Source: Anaeromyxobacteraceae bacterium | GTDB taxonomy: Bacteria; Myxococcota; Myxococcia; Myxococcales; Anaeromyxobacteraceae | Length of the DNA: 64,000 bases | Assembly (NCBI GenBank): GCA_032654565.1 | Contig: JAULAX010000015.1 | Location: 896,001 to 960,000 of the forward strand | Reading direction: 5' to 3' | In this document: positions 9,007 to 19,156 of the stretch, piece after piece | Layout of the letters: each line of letters opens with the position of its first letter | Numbering within the stretch: the first letter of the stretch is position 1 | Made by a program: the position numbers and the translations under genes | The notes under the pieces: model-generated | Databases searched by the model: none | The model's input: only the letters and a program-made list of their open reading frames with translations | Told to the model about the DNA's origin: nothing

Positions 9007-9921
9007 TCATACCTCGCCGGCCTCGAACTGGCCGAGCGGCCGCACCTCGGTCTCGAGGAGCACCCCGCAGCGCTCCTCGACCCGGGCCCGGGCCAGCCGC
9101 ACCAGCGCCAGCACGTCGCGCGCCGTGGCCGTCCCCAGGTTGACGATGAAGTTGGCGTGGACGTCGCTGAACATGGCCCCGCCGATGCGGTGCCCCTTCA
9201 GCCCCACGGACTCGATGAGCTGGCCGGCGTACCGGCCGGGCGGGTTCCAGAAGGTGGAGCCGAAGCTGGGCTGGTGGAGCGGCTGGGTGCGGCGCCGCTG
9301 GGCCACGTCGGCCTCCATGGCGGCGCGGCTGGCGGCCACGTCGCCGCGGTGGAGCCGGAGCTCGACGCGGGTCACCACGGCGCCGGGCGGCAGCGCGCAG
9401 GTGCGGTAGGCGAGCTCGAGCGCCGCCGCCGGCACCAGCCCCAGCCCGTCGGCGGTGGCCAGCTCGACCCGGGTGAGCAGGCCGCTCATCTCGCCGAGGC
9501 GGGTGCCGGCGTTCATGGCGGTGGCCCCGCCCAGGGTGCCGGGGATGCCGGCGGTGAACTCCGCCCCCACCAGCCCCAGGGCGTGGGCGCGGGAGGCCAG
9601 CCGGGCGATGGGGGCGCCGGCCGAGAGCAGCAGCGTCTCGCCCTCGGCGCGCTCCTCGCCGAAGTCGGCGGGGAGCCGGACCACCACGCCGCGGACCCCG
9701 GCGTCGGCCACCAGGGTGTTGGCCCCCCCGCCCAGCACCGCCAGCGGCACCTGCAGCGCGGCGGCGGCGGACAGCAGCGCCACCAGGTCGGCCGGATCGG
9801 CGGGGCGGACCAGCAGGTCGGCGGGGCCGCCCACCCGGATCGAGGTGCGCGGCGCCAGCGGCTCGTCGGCCCGGCACTCCCCCCGCACCCGGCGGGCGAT
9901 CTCGCCGCGCCAGCCCTCCAT
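9007..9921 (-). CDS. murB: UDP-N-acetylenolpyruvoylglucosamine reductase
   Basis: RVGGPAD, GIPGTLGGATAMNAG, SFGSTFWNP, HANFIVN. Confidence 0.95.
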   Translation of the reverse strand: MEGWRGEIARRVRGECRADEPLAPRTSIRVGGPADLLVRPADPADLVALLSAAAALQVPLAVLGGGANTLVADAGVRGVVVRLPADFGEERAEGETLLLSAGAPIARLASRAHALGLVGAEFTAGIPGTLGGATAMNAGTRLGEMSGLLTRVELATADGLGLVPAAALELAYRTCALPPGAVVTRVELRLHRGDVAASRAAMEADVAQRRRTQPLHQPSFGSTFWNPPGRYAGQLIESVGLKGHRIGGAMFSDVHANFIVNLGTATARDVLALVRLARARVEERCGVLLETEVRPLGQFEAGEV

Positions 9922-11297
9922 CAGGCGCCCAGCAGCCCGAGCAGCTCGGGGCCGACCTGGGTGACGTCGCCGGCCCCCAGGGTGATGACGATGTCACCGG
10001 GCTGCAGGCGGGCCCGGGCGGCGGCGGCCAGGCCGGCCCGCGGCAGGTAGTGGGCGTCGCGGTGGCCGCAGCCGCGCACCGCCTCGACCAGCCCCTCGGC
10101 GGTCACCCCCGGCAGCGGCGGCTCGCCGGCCGCGTAGATGTCGGTGAGCAGCACCACGTCGGCGTCGTTGAAGGCGGTGGCGAACTCGTCGTGCAGGTCG
10201 CGGGTGCGGGTGTAGCGGTGGGGCTGGAAGACGCAGACCACCCGCCGGCCGAAGGCCTCGCGGGCGCCGCGCAGCGTGGCCCGCACCTCGGCGGGGTGGT
10301 GGCCGTAGTCGTCGACCACGGTGACGCCGCCGGCCTCGCCACGGACCGTGAAGCGCCGCTGCACCCCCTGGAAGGCCTTGAAGGCGGCCCGGGTGGTGTC
10401 GGGGTCGATGCCCAGCTCGTCGGCCAGGGCCACCACCGCCAGGGCGTTGAGGGCGTTGTGGCGCCCCACCATGGCCATCTCGAAGCGCCCCAGCGGCTGG
10501 CCGCGCCGCGAGGCGTCGAAGTGGACGGCGTGGCCGGAGACCTCGATGCGCTCGGCCCGGAAGTCGGCCTGGTGGCTCTCGCCGTAGGTGACGTAGCGCT
10601 TGCCCACCTCGGGCAGCAGCCCCTGCACGGTGGGGTGGTCGATGCAGAGGATGGCCAGGCCGTAGAAGGGGACCCGGTTGATGAAGGAGATGAAGCCCTG
10701 GCGCAGCGCCTCCTCGGTCTTCCAGTGGTCGAGGTGCTCGGGATCGATGTTGGTGACCACGGCGATGGTGGGCGGGATGTGCAGGAAGGAGCCGTCCGAC
10801 TCGTCGGCCTCCACCACCATGTACTCGCCCTTGCCCAGCTTGGCGTTGGAGCCGAAGGCGTTGACCTTGCCGCCCACCACCGCGGTGGGGTCGAGCCCGG
10901 CGAAGGCCAGCAGGTGCGCGGCCATCGAGGTGGTGGTGGTCTTGCCGTGGGAGCCGGCGATGGCGATGCCCTGCTTGAGCCGCATCAGCTCGGCCAGCAT
11001 CTCGGCGCGGGGGATGACCGGGATCTTCCGGGCCCGGGCCTCGACCAGCTCGGGGTTGTCGCGGTGGACCGCCGAGGAGATCACCACCACGTCGGCGTCC
11101 CCGACGTGGGCGGCGGCGTGCCCCACCTCGATCCGCCCCCCCAGCCCGGCCAGGCGGCGGGTGATCTCGCTGGCCTTCAGGTCGGAGCCGGACACGGCAT
11201 AGCCGAGGTTGAGGAGCACCTCGGCGATGCCGCTCATGCCGATGCCGCCGATGCCGACGAAGTGGATGCGGGCGTGGCGCGAGCGGAACAGGGTCAT
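9921..11297 (-). CDS. murC: UDP-N-acetylmuramate--L-alanine ligase
   Basis: [33 protein letters not shown]. Confidence 0.97.
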   Translation of the reverse strand: MTLFRSRHARIHFVGIGGIGMSGIAEVLLNLGYAVSGSDLKASEITRRLAGLGGRIEVGHAAAHVGDADVVVISSAVHRDNPELVEARARKIPVIPRAEMLAELMRLKQGIAIAGSHGKTTTTSMAAHLLAFAGLDPTAVVGGKVNAFGSNAKLGKGEYMVVEADESDGSFLHIPPTIAVVTNIDPEHLDHWKTEEALRQGFISFINRVPFYGLAILCIDHPTVQGLLPEVGKRYVTYGESHQADFRAERIEVSGHAVHFDASRRGQPLGRFEMAMVGRHNALNALAVVALADELGIDPDTTRAAFKAFQGVQRRFTVRGEAGGVTVVDDYGHHPAEVRATLRGAREAFGRRVVCVFQPHRYTRTRDLHDEFATAFNDADVVLLTDIYAAGEPPLPGVTAEGLVEAVRGCGHRDAHYLPRAGLAAAARARLQPGDIVITLGAGDVTQVGPELLGLLGA

Positions 11298-11304
11298 GGG
11301 CTCC

Positions 11305-12462
11305 TCAGGTGCGGGGCGAGGCGCCGCCGGGGCGGACCGGCGTGAACCCGGGGCCGCGGTCCTGGCCGAAGCGGGAGCCCCAGCGGCGCTCGCTCAGGCC
11401 GGCGCAGAAGTCGGCGATCTCGCTGGCGGCGGCCGGGCTGCCCAGCCGGCCGGCGGCCCGGGCCATGGCCTGGCGCCGCTCCGGGTGGGCGAGGATGGCG
11501 CGGATCTCCGAGGCCAGCAGCTCCCCGGTCAGGTCGCGCTCCTCGATCATCACCGCGGCGCCGGCGTTGAGCAGGCTGGTGGCGTTGATCACCTGGTGGT
11601 TGTCGGCGGCGGCGGCGAAGGGGACCAGGATGGAGGGCTTGCGGCAGACGGTCAGCTCGGCCAGCGTGGTGGCCCCGGCCCGGCAGACCACCAGGTCGGC
11701 GGCGGTGTAGGCGCTGCTCATGTCCTCGATGAAGTCGCGCACCTCGGCGTCGAAGCCCACCGCCCGGTAGCCGCGCTCCACCGCCTCGCGGTCGCGGGCG
11801 CCGGTCTGGTGGACGATGCGCAGGCGGCCGCGCAGGTCGGCGAGGTGGGGCATGGCCTCGATGACCCGCATGTTGAGGGCGTGGGCCCCTTGGGAGCCGC
11901 CGAAGACCAGCAGCCCGGGCACGTCGTCCTCGCGGCCGGGTCGCATGAAGTTCTCCAGCAGCTGGCGGCGGATGGGGTTGCCCAGCTGGATGGCCTTGCC
12001 GGCCGGGAAGCAGGCGGCGGTCTCCGGGAAGGCGGTGAAGGCGGCGTCGACCACCAGGCCGAGCACCCGGTTGGTGAAGCCGGCCACGGCGTTCTGCTCC
12101 TGCACCGCGGTGGGGATGCGCAGCAGCCAGGCGGCCAGCACCAGCGGGCCGGAGGCGTAGCCACCCACCCCGACCACCACGTCGGGCCGCCAGCGGCGCA
12201 GGATGCGCAGCGACTGCAGGAAGGCCACCGGGAGCAGCAGCAGGTTGCGCAGCACGTCGAGGCGGCGCTTGCCCTTCAGCCCGCGCACCTCGATGAGCTC
12301 GATGGGGAAGCCGGCGGCCGGGACCACGGTGGCCTCCAGGCCGCGCGCCGTGCCCACGAAGACGGCGTCGTTGCCGGGGTGGCGGGTCACCACCTCCTCG
12401 GCCAGGGCCAGGGCCGGGAAGACGTGCCCGCCGGTGCCGCCGCCCGCCACCAGGATCCTCAC
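11305..12462 (-). CDS. murG: Lipid II GlcNAc transferase
   Basis: [28 protein letters not shown]. Confidence 0.97.
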   Translation of the reverse strand: MRILVAGGGTGGHVFPALALAEEVVTRHPGNDAVFVGTARGLEATVVPAAGFPIELIEVRGLKGKRRLDVLRNLLLLPVAFLQSLRILRRWRPDVVVGVGGYASGPLVLAAWLLRIPTAVQEQNAVAGFTNRVLGLVVDAAFTAFPETAACFPAGKAIQLGNPIRRQLLENFMRPGREDDVPGLLVFGGSQGAHALNMRVIEAMPHLADLRGRLRIVHQTGARDREAVERGYRAVGFDAEVRDFIEDMSSAYTAADLVVCRAGATTLAELTVCRKPSILVPFAAAADNHQVINATSLLNAGAAVMIEERDLTGELLASEIRAILAHPERRQAMARAAGRLGSPAAASEIADFCAGLSERRWGSRFGQDRGPGFTPVRPGGASPRT

Positions 12463-13640
12463 GCCGCCCCCTCGGCGCCCAGGGCCGGCGCCACCCGCAC
12501 CGCCTGCGCGCCCTGGCGGAGGAAGCCGCCGCGGTCGCCGGAGATGGAGAGCAGGATGCCGGCGGCCGCCAGCAGCGTCATCAGCGAGCTGCCGCCGTAG
12601 GAGACGAAGGGGAGGGTCAGCCCCTTGGTGGGGACCAGGCCGAAGACCACCGCCAGGTTGAGCAGCGCCTGGCCGCCGAACAGGGTGGTGAGGCCGAGCG
12701 CGGCGTAGGCCCCGAAGGGCTCGCCGGCGCGCAGGGCGGCCCGCAGGCCGCGCCAGATCACCAGGGCGTAGAGCAGGATCAGCACCCCGATCCCCAGCAG
12801 CCCCGCCTCCTCGGCGATCACCGCGGCGATGAAGTCGGTGTGGGCCGCCGGCAGGTAGAAGAGCTTGCCCTTCCCCTGGCCCAGCCCCTGGCCGATCCAG
12901 CCGCCGTTGCCGATGCCGAGCAGCGACTCCACCAGCTGGAAGCCGGCCCCCTCGCGGTGGCCCCAGGGATCGAGGTAGGCCAGCCAGCGCTCCATGCGGT
13001 AGGGGGTGCCGGCGATGAGCCGCCAGCCGACCGGGATGGCCAGCAGCGCCCCGCCCACCAGGTAGGAGATGCGGGCCCCGGCGGCGAAGAGCATGGTGAA
13101 GAGCACCATCACCATGATCACCCCGGTGCCCATGTCGCGCTCCAGCAGGCAGAGCCCCACCAGCACCCCGGTCACCAGCACGTGGGGGAGGAAGCCGATG
13201 GAGAAGAGCCGCACCTTCTCGCGCTGCCGGGCCAGCGAGCGGGCCAGGTAGAGGACCAGCGCCACCTTGGCCAGCTCGGCCGGCTGGAAGTTGACGATGC
13301 CGATGGGGATCCAGCGGCGGGCCCCGCCGGCCATGCGGCCGACGCCGGGGATGAGCACCAGCACCAGCAGCACCAGGGTGAGGATGAGCAGCGGGTAGGC
13401 GAGGCGGCCGAGCCGCCGGTAGCCGACCCGCAGCGCCAGGATCATCAGCCCGACGCCGATGGCGAAGGCCACCGCCTGGCGGGTGAGGAAGTAGAACTCG
13501 TCGTGGAGGTTGCGGGTGGCGGTGATGGCGCTGGCCGAGTAGACCATCACCGCGCCGCCGGCCGTCAGCACCAGGATGCCGAAGAGCAGCAGCCAGTCGA
13601 AGGGCGGCGAGCGCCGGATCGAGGCGGTGTCATCGCTCAC
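12459..13640 (-). CDS. ftsW: SEDS peptidoglycan polymerase FtsW
   Basis: Multi-TM; MVYSAS, FQPAELAK, LPAAHTDFI, LPFVSYGGSS; GTG start overlaps the murD stop. Confidence 0.95.
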   Translation of the reverse strand: MSDDTASIRRSPPFDWLLLFGILVLTAGGAVMVYSASAITATRNLHDEFYFLTRQAVAFAIGVGLMILALRVGYRRLGRLAYPLLILTLVLLVLVLIPGVGRMAGGARRWIPIGIVNFQPAELAKVALVLYLARSLARQREKVRLFSIGFLPHVLVTGVLVGLCLLERDMGTGVIMVMVLFTMLFAAGARISYLVGGALLAIPVGWRLIAGTPYRMERWLAYLDPWGHREGAGFQLVESLLGIGNGGWIGQGLGQGKGKLFYLPAAHTDFIAAVIAEEAGLLGIGVLILLYALVIWRGLRAALRAGEPFGAYAALGLTTLFGGQALLNLAVVFGLVPTKGLTLPFVSYGGSSLMTLLAAAGILLSISGDRGGFLRQGAQAVRVAPALGAEGAA

Positions 13641-15019
13641 GCCAGCGCCCCCACCAGCTGCCGGAAGCGCTCGCCGCGCTCCTCGTACCCCTGGAACTGG
13701 TCGTAGCTGGCGCAGGAGGGCGAGAGCAGCACCACGTCGCCGGGGCCGACCAGGGCCGCGGCGCGCTTCACCGCCTCGGCCAGGGTGCCGCAGCTCTCGG
13801 TGGCGGCGGCGTCGCCCAGCGCCGCCTCGATGGCCGGGGCGTCCTCCCCGACGGTGAGCAGCGCCTTGACCCGGCCGGCGAAGAGCGGCCGCAGCGGCGC
13901 GTAGGGGGCGTGCTTGCCGCGCCCCCCGAGGATCAGCACCACCCGCGGGACGCCCGCCGGGAAGGCGGCCAGGGCCACGCTGGTGGAGTCGACGTTGGTG
14001 GCCTTGGAGTCGTTGATCCACTCGACGCCGCCACGCTCGCGCACCAGCTCGAGCCGGTGGGGGAGGCCGGTGAAGTGGTCGAGGCCGCGCTGCACCGCGG
14101 CGCCGGGGACGCCCAGCAGCCGGGCGCAGACCAGCGCCGCCATGGCGTTCTCCAGGTTGTGCCGACCGCGCAGCGCCTTGTTGGCCAGCCGGTAGCGCTC
14201 CGGGGAGCCGGCGGCGTAGCGGTAGAACCAGAGCTCGCCGCTGCCGTCCTCGGGCGCCCGGGCGGCGGCGCGGGCCGGCGGGCCGAAGCCGAAGGTGTAG
14301 AGGGCGGCGCGGGAGGCGGCGGCCATGGCCATGGCCCGCTCGTCGCGCAGGTTGGCGACGGTGAAGTCGCCGGGCTGCTGGGTCTCGAAGAGCCGGGCCT
14401 TGGCGGCGGCGTAGGCGTCGAGGCCGTCGTAGCGATCGAGGTGGTCGGGGGTGACGTTGAGGATGGCGGCCACCCGGGCCCGCAGCCGCTCGATCCCCTC
14501 CAGCTGGAAGGAGGAGAGCTCGGCCACCACCACGTCGGCCGGCTGGCCGGAGAGGACGTGCTCGCAGAGCGGGGTGCCGAGGTTGCCGCCCACGAAGGTG
14601 CGCCGGTCCTCGGAGAAGAGGGCGCCGGCCAGGGCGGTGGTGGTCGACTTGCCGTTGGTCCCGGTGACCGCCACCAGCGGCGTCTGGCCCAGGAAGCGGG
14701 CGGCCAGCTCGACCTCGGCCCAGATGGGCACGCCGGCGGCGCGAGCCGCCTTGAGCTGCGGCGTCGACATGGGGACGCCCGGGGAGACCACCACCAGGTC
14801 GGCGGCGGTGAAGTCGCGCCCGTCGTGGCCGCCCAGCATGCGCCGCAGCGGCAGCACCTCGAGCGCCTCCAGCGCCGGCCCCAGGGCCGCCGCCGGGCGC
14901 GAGTCGGTGACCGTCACCGAGGCCCCCTCGCGGACGCAGAGCCGGGCGGCGGCGATGCCGCTGCGCGCCAGGCCCACCACGGTGATCTTGCGGCCTCGGA
15001 GGCTGGGAGGAGTCGACAC
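13637..15019 (-). CDS. murD: UDP-MurNAc-L-Ala--D-Glu ligase
   Basis: GLARSG, GTNGKSTT, ELSSFQL, NDSKATN, SPSCASYDQF. Confidence 0.97.
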   Translation of the reverse strand: MSTPPSLRGRKITVVGLARSGIAAARLCVREGASVTVTDSRPAAALGPALEALEVLPLRRMLGGHDGRDFTAADLVVVSPGVPMSTPQLKAARAAGVPIWAEVELAARFLGQTPLVAVTGTNGKSTTTALAGALFSEDRRTFVGGNLGTPLCEHVLSGQPADVVVAELSSFQLEGIERLRARVAAILNVTPDHLDRYDGLDAYAAAKARLFETQQPGDFTVANLRDERAMAMAAASRAALYTFGFGPPARAAARAPEDGSGELWFYRYAAGSPERYRLANKALRGRHNLENAMAALVCARLLGVPGAAVQRGLDHFTGLPHRLELVRERGGVEWINDSKATNVDSTSVALAAFPAGVPRVVLILGGRGKHAPYAPLRPLFAGRVKALLTVGEDAPAIEAALGDAAATESCGTLAEAVKRAAALVGPGDVVLLSPSCASYDQFQGYEERGERFRQLVGALA

Positions 15020-15022
15020 GGG

Positions 15023-16165
15023 TTACCTCAGCTTGATCGACATCAGCGCCACCAGGGCCAGCATGACGGAGACGATCCAGAAGCGGACGATGATCTTGGG
15101 CTCGGCCCACCCCTTCAGCTCGAAGTGGTGGTGGACCGGGGCCATGCGGAAGACGCGCCGTCCGGTGTACTTGAAGCTGGCCACCTGGATGATGACGCTG
15201 ACGGTCTCGGCGAGGAAGACCCCGTGGAGGATGGCGCTGGCCACCTCGTTCTTGGTCAGCACCGCGAGCATGCCGAGGCCGCCGCCCAGCGCCAGCGAGC
15301 CGACGTCACCCATGAAGACCTGGGCCGGGTAGGTGTTGAACCAGAGGAAGGCCACGCCGGCGCCGAACATGGCGGCGCAGAAGACCCCCAGCTCCTCGGC
15401 CCCGGGGATGGAGACGATGCGCAGGTACTCGGCGAGGCTGAAGCCGGCGATGGTGGAGCCGGCCACGTAGCTGAGCGCCAGGAAGGTCATCGCCGAGATG
15501 ACGGTGGGGAAGATGGCCAGCCCGTCCAGCCCGTCGGTGAGGTTGACGGCGTTGGAGGTGGCCACCACCACGAAGACCATGAACGGCAGGTAGAGCCAGC
15601 CCAGGTCGGGGTTGAAGAGGCGGGTGGGGATGAAGGGCAGGGTCAGGTGGGTGTCGATGCGGCTGCCCACGAAGAGCCAGGGGAAGCGGGGGTCGGCGTG
15701 GAAGTGCAGGTCGGTGAGCAGGCCGTAGTAGACGGCCAGCACCACCAGCACCTGGAAGAGCAGCTTCCTGCGGCCGGCCAGCCCCTTGGAGTCGCGCTTG
15801 GAGATCTTGAGCCAGTCGTCGGCGAAGCCGATGACGCCGTAGCCGAGGGTCACCAGCAGGGCCGCCCAGACCAGCCGGTTCTCCAGCTGCCCCCAGAGCA
15901 GCGTCGAGGCCACCAGGGAGAGGAGGATGAGGGCGCCGCCCATCGACGGGGTGCCGGACTTCTTCTGGTGGCTGTCCGGGGTGTCCTCGCGGACGTTGCT
16001 GGCGCCGTACTGGAGCCGGCGCATCCGCTCGATGAAGGCCGGGCCGAGGAGGAGGCCGATGACCATGGCGGTGAGGCCGGCCGCCACGATCCGGAAGGAC
16101 GGGTAGCGCAGGACGTTGAGGAAGCCGACCTTGGCCGAGAGCGGGTAGAGGAAGTAGTAGAGCAT
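15023..16165 (-). CDS. mraY: Phospho-N-acetylmuramoyl-pentapeptide transferase
   Basis: GTPSMGG, NAVNLTDGLDGLA, FMGDVGS, MAPVHHHFE. Confidence 0.97.
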   Translation of the reverse strand: MLYYFLYPLSAKVGFLNVLRYPSFRIVAAGLTAMVIGLLLGPAFIERMRRLQYGASNVREDTPDSHQKKSGTPSMGGALILLSLVASTLLWGQLENRLVWAALLVTLGYGVIGFADDWLKISKRDSKGLAGRRKLLFQVLVVLAVYYGLLTDLHFHADPRFPWLFVGSRIDTHLTLPFIPTRLFNPDLGWLYLPFMVFVVVATSNAVNLTDGLDGLAIFPTVISAMTFLALSYVAGSTIAGFSLAEYLRIVSIPGAEELGVFCAAMFGAGVAFLWFNTYPAQVFMGDVGSLALGGGLGMLAVLTKNEVASAILHGVFLAETVSVIIQVASFKYTGRRVFRMAPVHHHFELKGWAEPKIIVRFWIVSVMLALVALMSIKLR

Positions 16166-17560
16166 TCAGTCCTGCCGCAAGGCCTCGACCAGCCGCTCCA
16201 GGCGCATGCCGCGGCTGGCCTTGACGAGGAGGACGTCGCCGGGCGCGGCGGCGTCGCGCACCGCGGCGGCCAGCGCCGCCGGGTCCTCGGTGTGGAAGGT
16301 CCGCTCCGGCGCCAGCCCGGCCGCCACCGCCCCGGCCAGGATCTCCCGCGCGCGCGGCCCGAAGCCGAAGAGCCGGGCCACCGGGACCGCGGCCGCCGCC
16401 GCCCCCACCTGGCGGTGCAGCGCCGCCTCGCCGGGCCCCAGCTCCAGCATGTCGCCGAGGGCGGCCAGGGGGCGCCCGCGCTCGGCGCCGGCCAGGTCGG
16501 CCAGGGCACGGAGCGCCGCCTCCATGGAGAGCGGGTTGGCGTTGTAGCAGTCGTCGACCAGCAGCAGGCCGCGCGGCAGCCGCGAGAGGAGCAGCCGCCG
16601 CCCCACCGGCTTCACCCCGGCCAGGCCGCGGACGATCTCCCGGTCGCTGCAGCCCAGGGCGATGGCGGCGCAGGCCGCCGCCGCGGCGTTCTGGGCGTTG
16701 TGGGCGCCGACCAGCGGCAGCGTCACCTCCAGCTCGCGGTTGCCGATGCCGAGCAGGAAGCGCATCCCGGTGGCGTCCTGGGCCAGCACCTCCAGCACCG
16801 CCACGTCGCCGCGCCGCTGCCGCCCCACCGCGAAGGTGAGCAGGCGGCGGCCGGAGGCCCGGGCCCGGGCCAGCATGCGGGCGTCGTCGGCGTTGACCAC
16901 GGCGATGCCCCCCTCGGGCAGGCCGGCGTAGAGCTCGGCCTTGGCGTCGGCGACGCCGTCGATGGAGCCGAGCCCCTCGAGGTGGGCGGCGGCGGCGTTG
17001 GTCACCACCCCGACCTGCGGCTCGGCCAGGGCCGCGAGGCGGGCGATCTCGCCGGGGTGGCTCATCCCCATCTCGATCACCGCCGCCTGGTGCTGCGCGG
17101 AGAGGCGGAGCAGGGTGAGCGGCACCCCCACCTCGTTGTTGAGGTTCCCCTCCGAGCGGAGCACCGGCCCTCGCTCGGCGAGGATGGCGGCGATCATCTC
17201 GCGGGTGGTGGTCTTGCCGTTGGAGCCGGTGACGCCCACCACCGGCAGGGCGAAGCGGCGGCGGTGGTGGCGGGCCACGGCGCCCAGCGCCGCCAGGGTG
17301 TCGGCCACCCGCAGGCGCGGCAGGCCGGGAGGGGCGGCCACCTCGGCGGAGACCACCGCGGCGGCGGCCCCGGCGCCGGCCGCGGCGGGGAGGAAGGCGT
17401 GGGCGTCGAAGCGGTCGCCGCGCAGGGCCACGAAGAGCGAGCCGGCGGCGATGGTGCGGGTGTCGGTGGAGACGCCGGTCACCGGGCCCGGCGGGGCGTC
17501 GAGCCAGCGCCCGCCGGTGGCGGCGCTGAGCTCGTCGGCGGTGAAGCGCGGCGCGGTCAT
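16166..17560 (-). CDS. murF: UDP-MurNAc-tripeptide--D-Ala-D-Ala ligase
   Basis: GSNGKTT, NNEVGVP, DCYNANP, GDMLELG, KASRG. Confidence 0.96.
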   Translation of the reverse strand: MTAPRFTADELSAATGGRWLDAPPGPVTGVSTDTRTIAAGSLFVALRGDRFDAHAFLPAAAGAGAAAAVVSAEVAAPPGLPRLRVADTLAALGAVARHHRRRFALPVVGVTGSNGKTTTREMIAAILAERGPVLRSEGNLNNEVGVPLTLLRLSAQHQAAVIEMGMSHPGEIARLAALAEPQVGVVTNAAAAHLEGLGSIDGVADAKAELYAGLPEGGIAVVNADDARMLARARASGRRLLTFAVGRQRRGDVAVLEVLAQDATGMRFLLGIGNRELEVTLPLVGAHNAQNAAAAACAAIALGCSDREIVRGLAGVKPVGRRLLLSRLPRGLLLVDDCYNANPLSMEAALRALADLAGAERGRPLAALGDMLELGPGEAALHRQVGAAAAAVPVARLFGFGPRAREILAGAVAAGLAPERTFHTEDPAALAAAVRDAAAPGDVLLVKASRGMRLERLVEALRQD

Positions 17561-19050
17561 GCCAGGCCGAGGGCGCGCCTCGCCTCCTCGCGGTCGTCGA
17601 AGTGGCGGCGCTCGGCCCCCACCAGCTGGTAATCCTCGTGCCCCTTGCCGGCCACCAGCACGGCGTCGCCGGGGCGGGCGCAGGCCACCGCCAGCTCGAT
17701 GGCGGCGCGCCGGTCCGGCTCCACCACGTAGCCGGCCTCACCGGCCACCGCCTCGGCGGCGGTGCGGCGGGGCCGGCCGGCCTGGGCCAGCCCGGGCTCG
17801 ATCTCGGCGATGATCCGCAGCGGGTCCTCGCTGCGCGGGTTGTCGCTGGTGACGATGGCCAGGTCGGCGCCGCGCCCCGCCACCGCCCCCATCAGCGGCC
17901 GCTTGCCCCGGTCGCGGTCGCCGCCGCAGCCGAAGACCACCACCAGCCGGGGCGGCCCGAGCGCGCGCAGCGCCTCGACGGCGCGGGCCAGGGCGTCGTC
18001 GGTGTGGGCGTAGTCGACGAAGACGGCCAGGCCGCGGCCGTCGATCCGCTCGAGGCGCCCGGGGGCGCCGGGGCAGGCGGCCAGCCCGGCCTCCACCGCC
18101 GCCAGCGGCAGCCCGGCGGCCAGCGCCAGGCCGGCGGCGCAGAGCAGGTTCTCCAGGTTGTGGGCCCCCACCAGCGGCGAGCGCAGGGCCAGCGCGCCGC
18201 GCGGGGTCAGCACCGTGGCCTCGATGCCGGCCATGGTCAGCGCCGCCGGCTCGGCCCGCAGGTCGTCTTCACCGCGGGTGCCATAGCGCCAGGCGGTGCG
18301 GCCGGGGCCGAGCTGGTCGGCCAGCCGGGCGCCCCAGGGATCACGGGCGTTGATCACCGCCACGCCGCCGGGGGCCAGGTGCTCCACGAAGAGCCGCCGC
18401 TTGGCGGCGAAGTAGCCCTCCATGTCGCCGTGGTAGTCGAGGTGGTCGCGGGTGAGGTTGGTGAAGCCGGCGGCGGCGAAGCGCAGGCCGGCCACCCGCT
18501 CCTGGGCCAGGGCGTGGGAGGAGACCTCCATCACCACCAGCCGGGTGCCGGCGTCGCGCATCTCGCCGAGCAGCGCCTGCACCTCGGTCGACTCGGGCGT
18601 GGTGTGGGCGGCGGCCCGCTCGACGCCGGGGAAGCGGTGGGAGACCGTGCCCATGACGCCGGTGGGCAGGCCGGCGGCCCGGGCGCAGGCCTCGACCAGG
18701 TAGCTGACCGTGGTCTTGCCGTTGGTGCCGGTGACGCCGAGCAGCTGCATGGCGTCGCCGGGGCGGCCGTGGAAGTTGGCGGCGCAGAGCGCCATGGCCC
18801 GCCGCGCCGACGGTGCCAGCAGCAGCAGCGCCGGCGCGCACTCCACCGGCCGCTCGGCGATCACCGCCACCGCGCCACGTCGCGCCGCCTCGGCGGCGAA
18901 GGCGTGGCCGTCGGCGCGGGCGCCGGGGAGGGCGCAGAAGAGCGCGCCGGGGATCACCTGGCGCGAGTCGCCGGTGACGCGGGTGATCTCCGGGTCTTCG
19001 GAGCGCGCGCCGCGCGCGCCGGTGCCTGCGATGACGTCCGATATCCGCAT
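17557..19050 (-). CDS. murE: UDP-MurNAc-dipeptide--meso-DAP ligase
   Basis: GTNGKTT, DYAHT, FGCGGDRD, DNPR (DAP-type), GKGHE; ATG at 19050 chosen as start. Confidence 0.96.
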   Translation of the reverse strand: MRISDVIAGTGARGARSEDPEITRVTGDSRQVIPGALFCALPGARADGHAFAAEAARRGAVAVIAERPVECAPALLLLAPSARRAMALCAANFHGRPGDAMQLLGVTGTNGKTTVSYLVEACARAAGLPTGVMGTVSHRFPGVERAAAHTTPESTEVQALLGEMRDAGTRLVVMEVSSHALAQERVAGLRFAAAGFTNLTRDHLDYHGDMEGYFAAKRRLFVEHLAPGGVAVINARDPWGARLADQLGPGRTAWRYGTRGEDDLRAEPAALTMAGIEATVLTPRGALALRSPLVGAHNLENLLCAAGLALAAGLPLAAVEAGLAACPGAPGRLERIDGRGLAVFVDYAHTDDALARAVEALRALGPPRLVVVFGCGGDRDRGKRPLMGAVAGRGADLAIVTSDNPRSEDPLRIIAEIEPGLAQAGRPRRTAAEAVAGEAGYVVEPDRRAAIELAVACARPGDAVLVAGKGHEDYQLVGAERRHFDDREEARRALGLA

Positions 19051-19156
19051 CGGTGCAAGGTTCTCACGCGCCGGGGTGCCCGGCCAATTTCCGGCGTCCA
19101 TGCGGGGGGTTGCGTGGCGTCGGTCCCGGCCGGGTGCGGCGACGGCGAAGTGTACG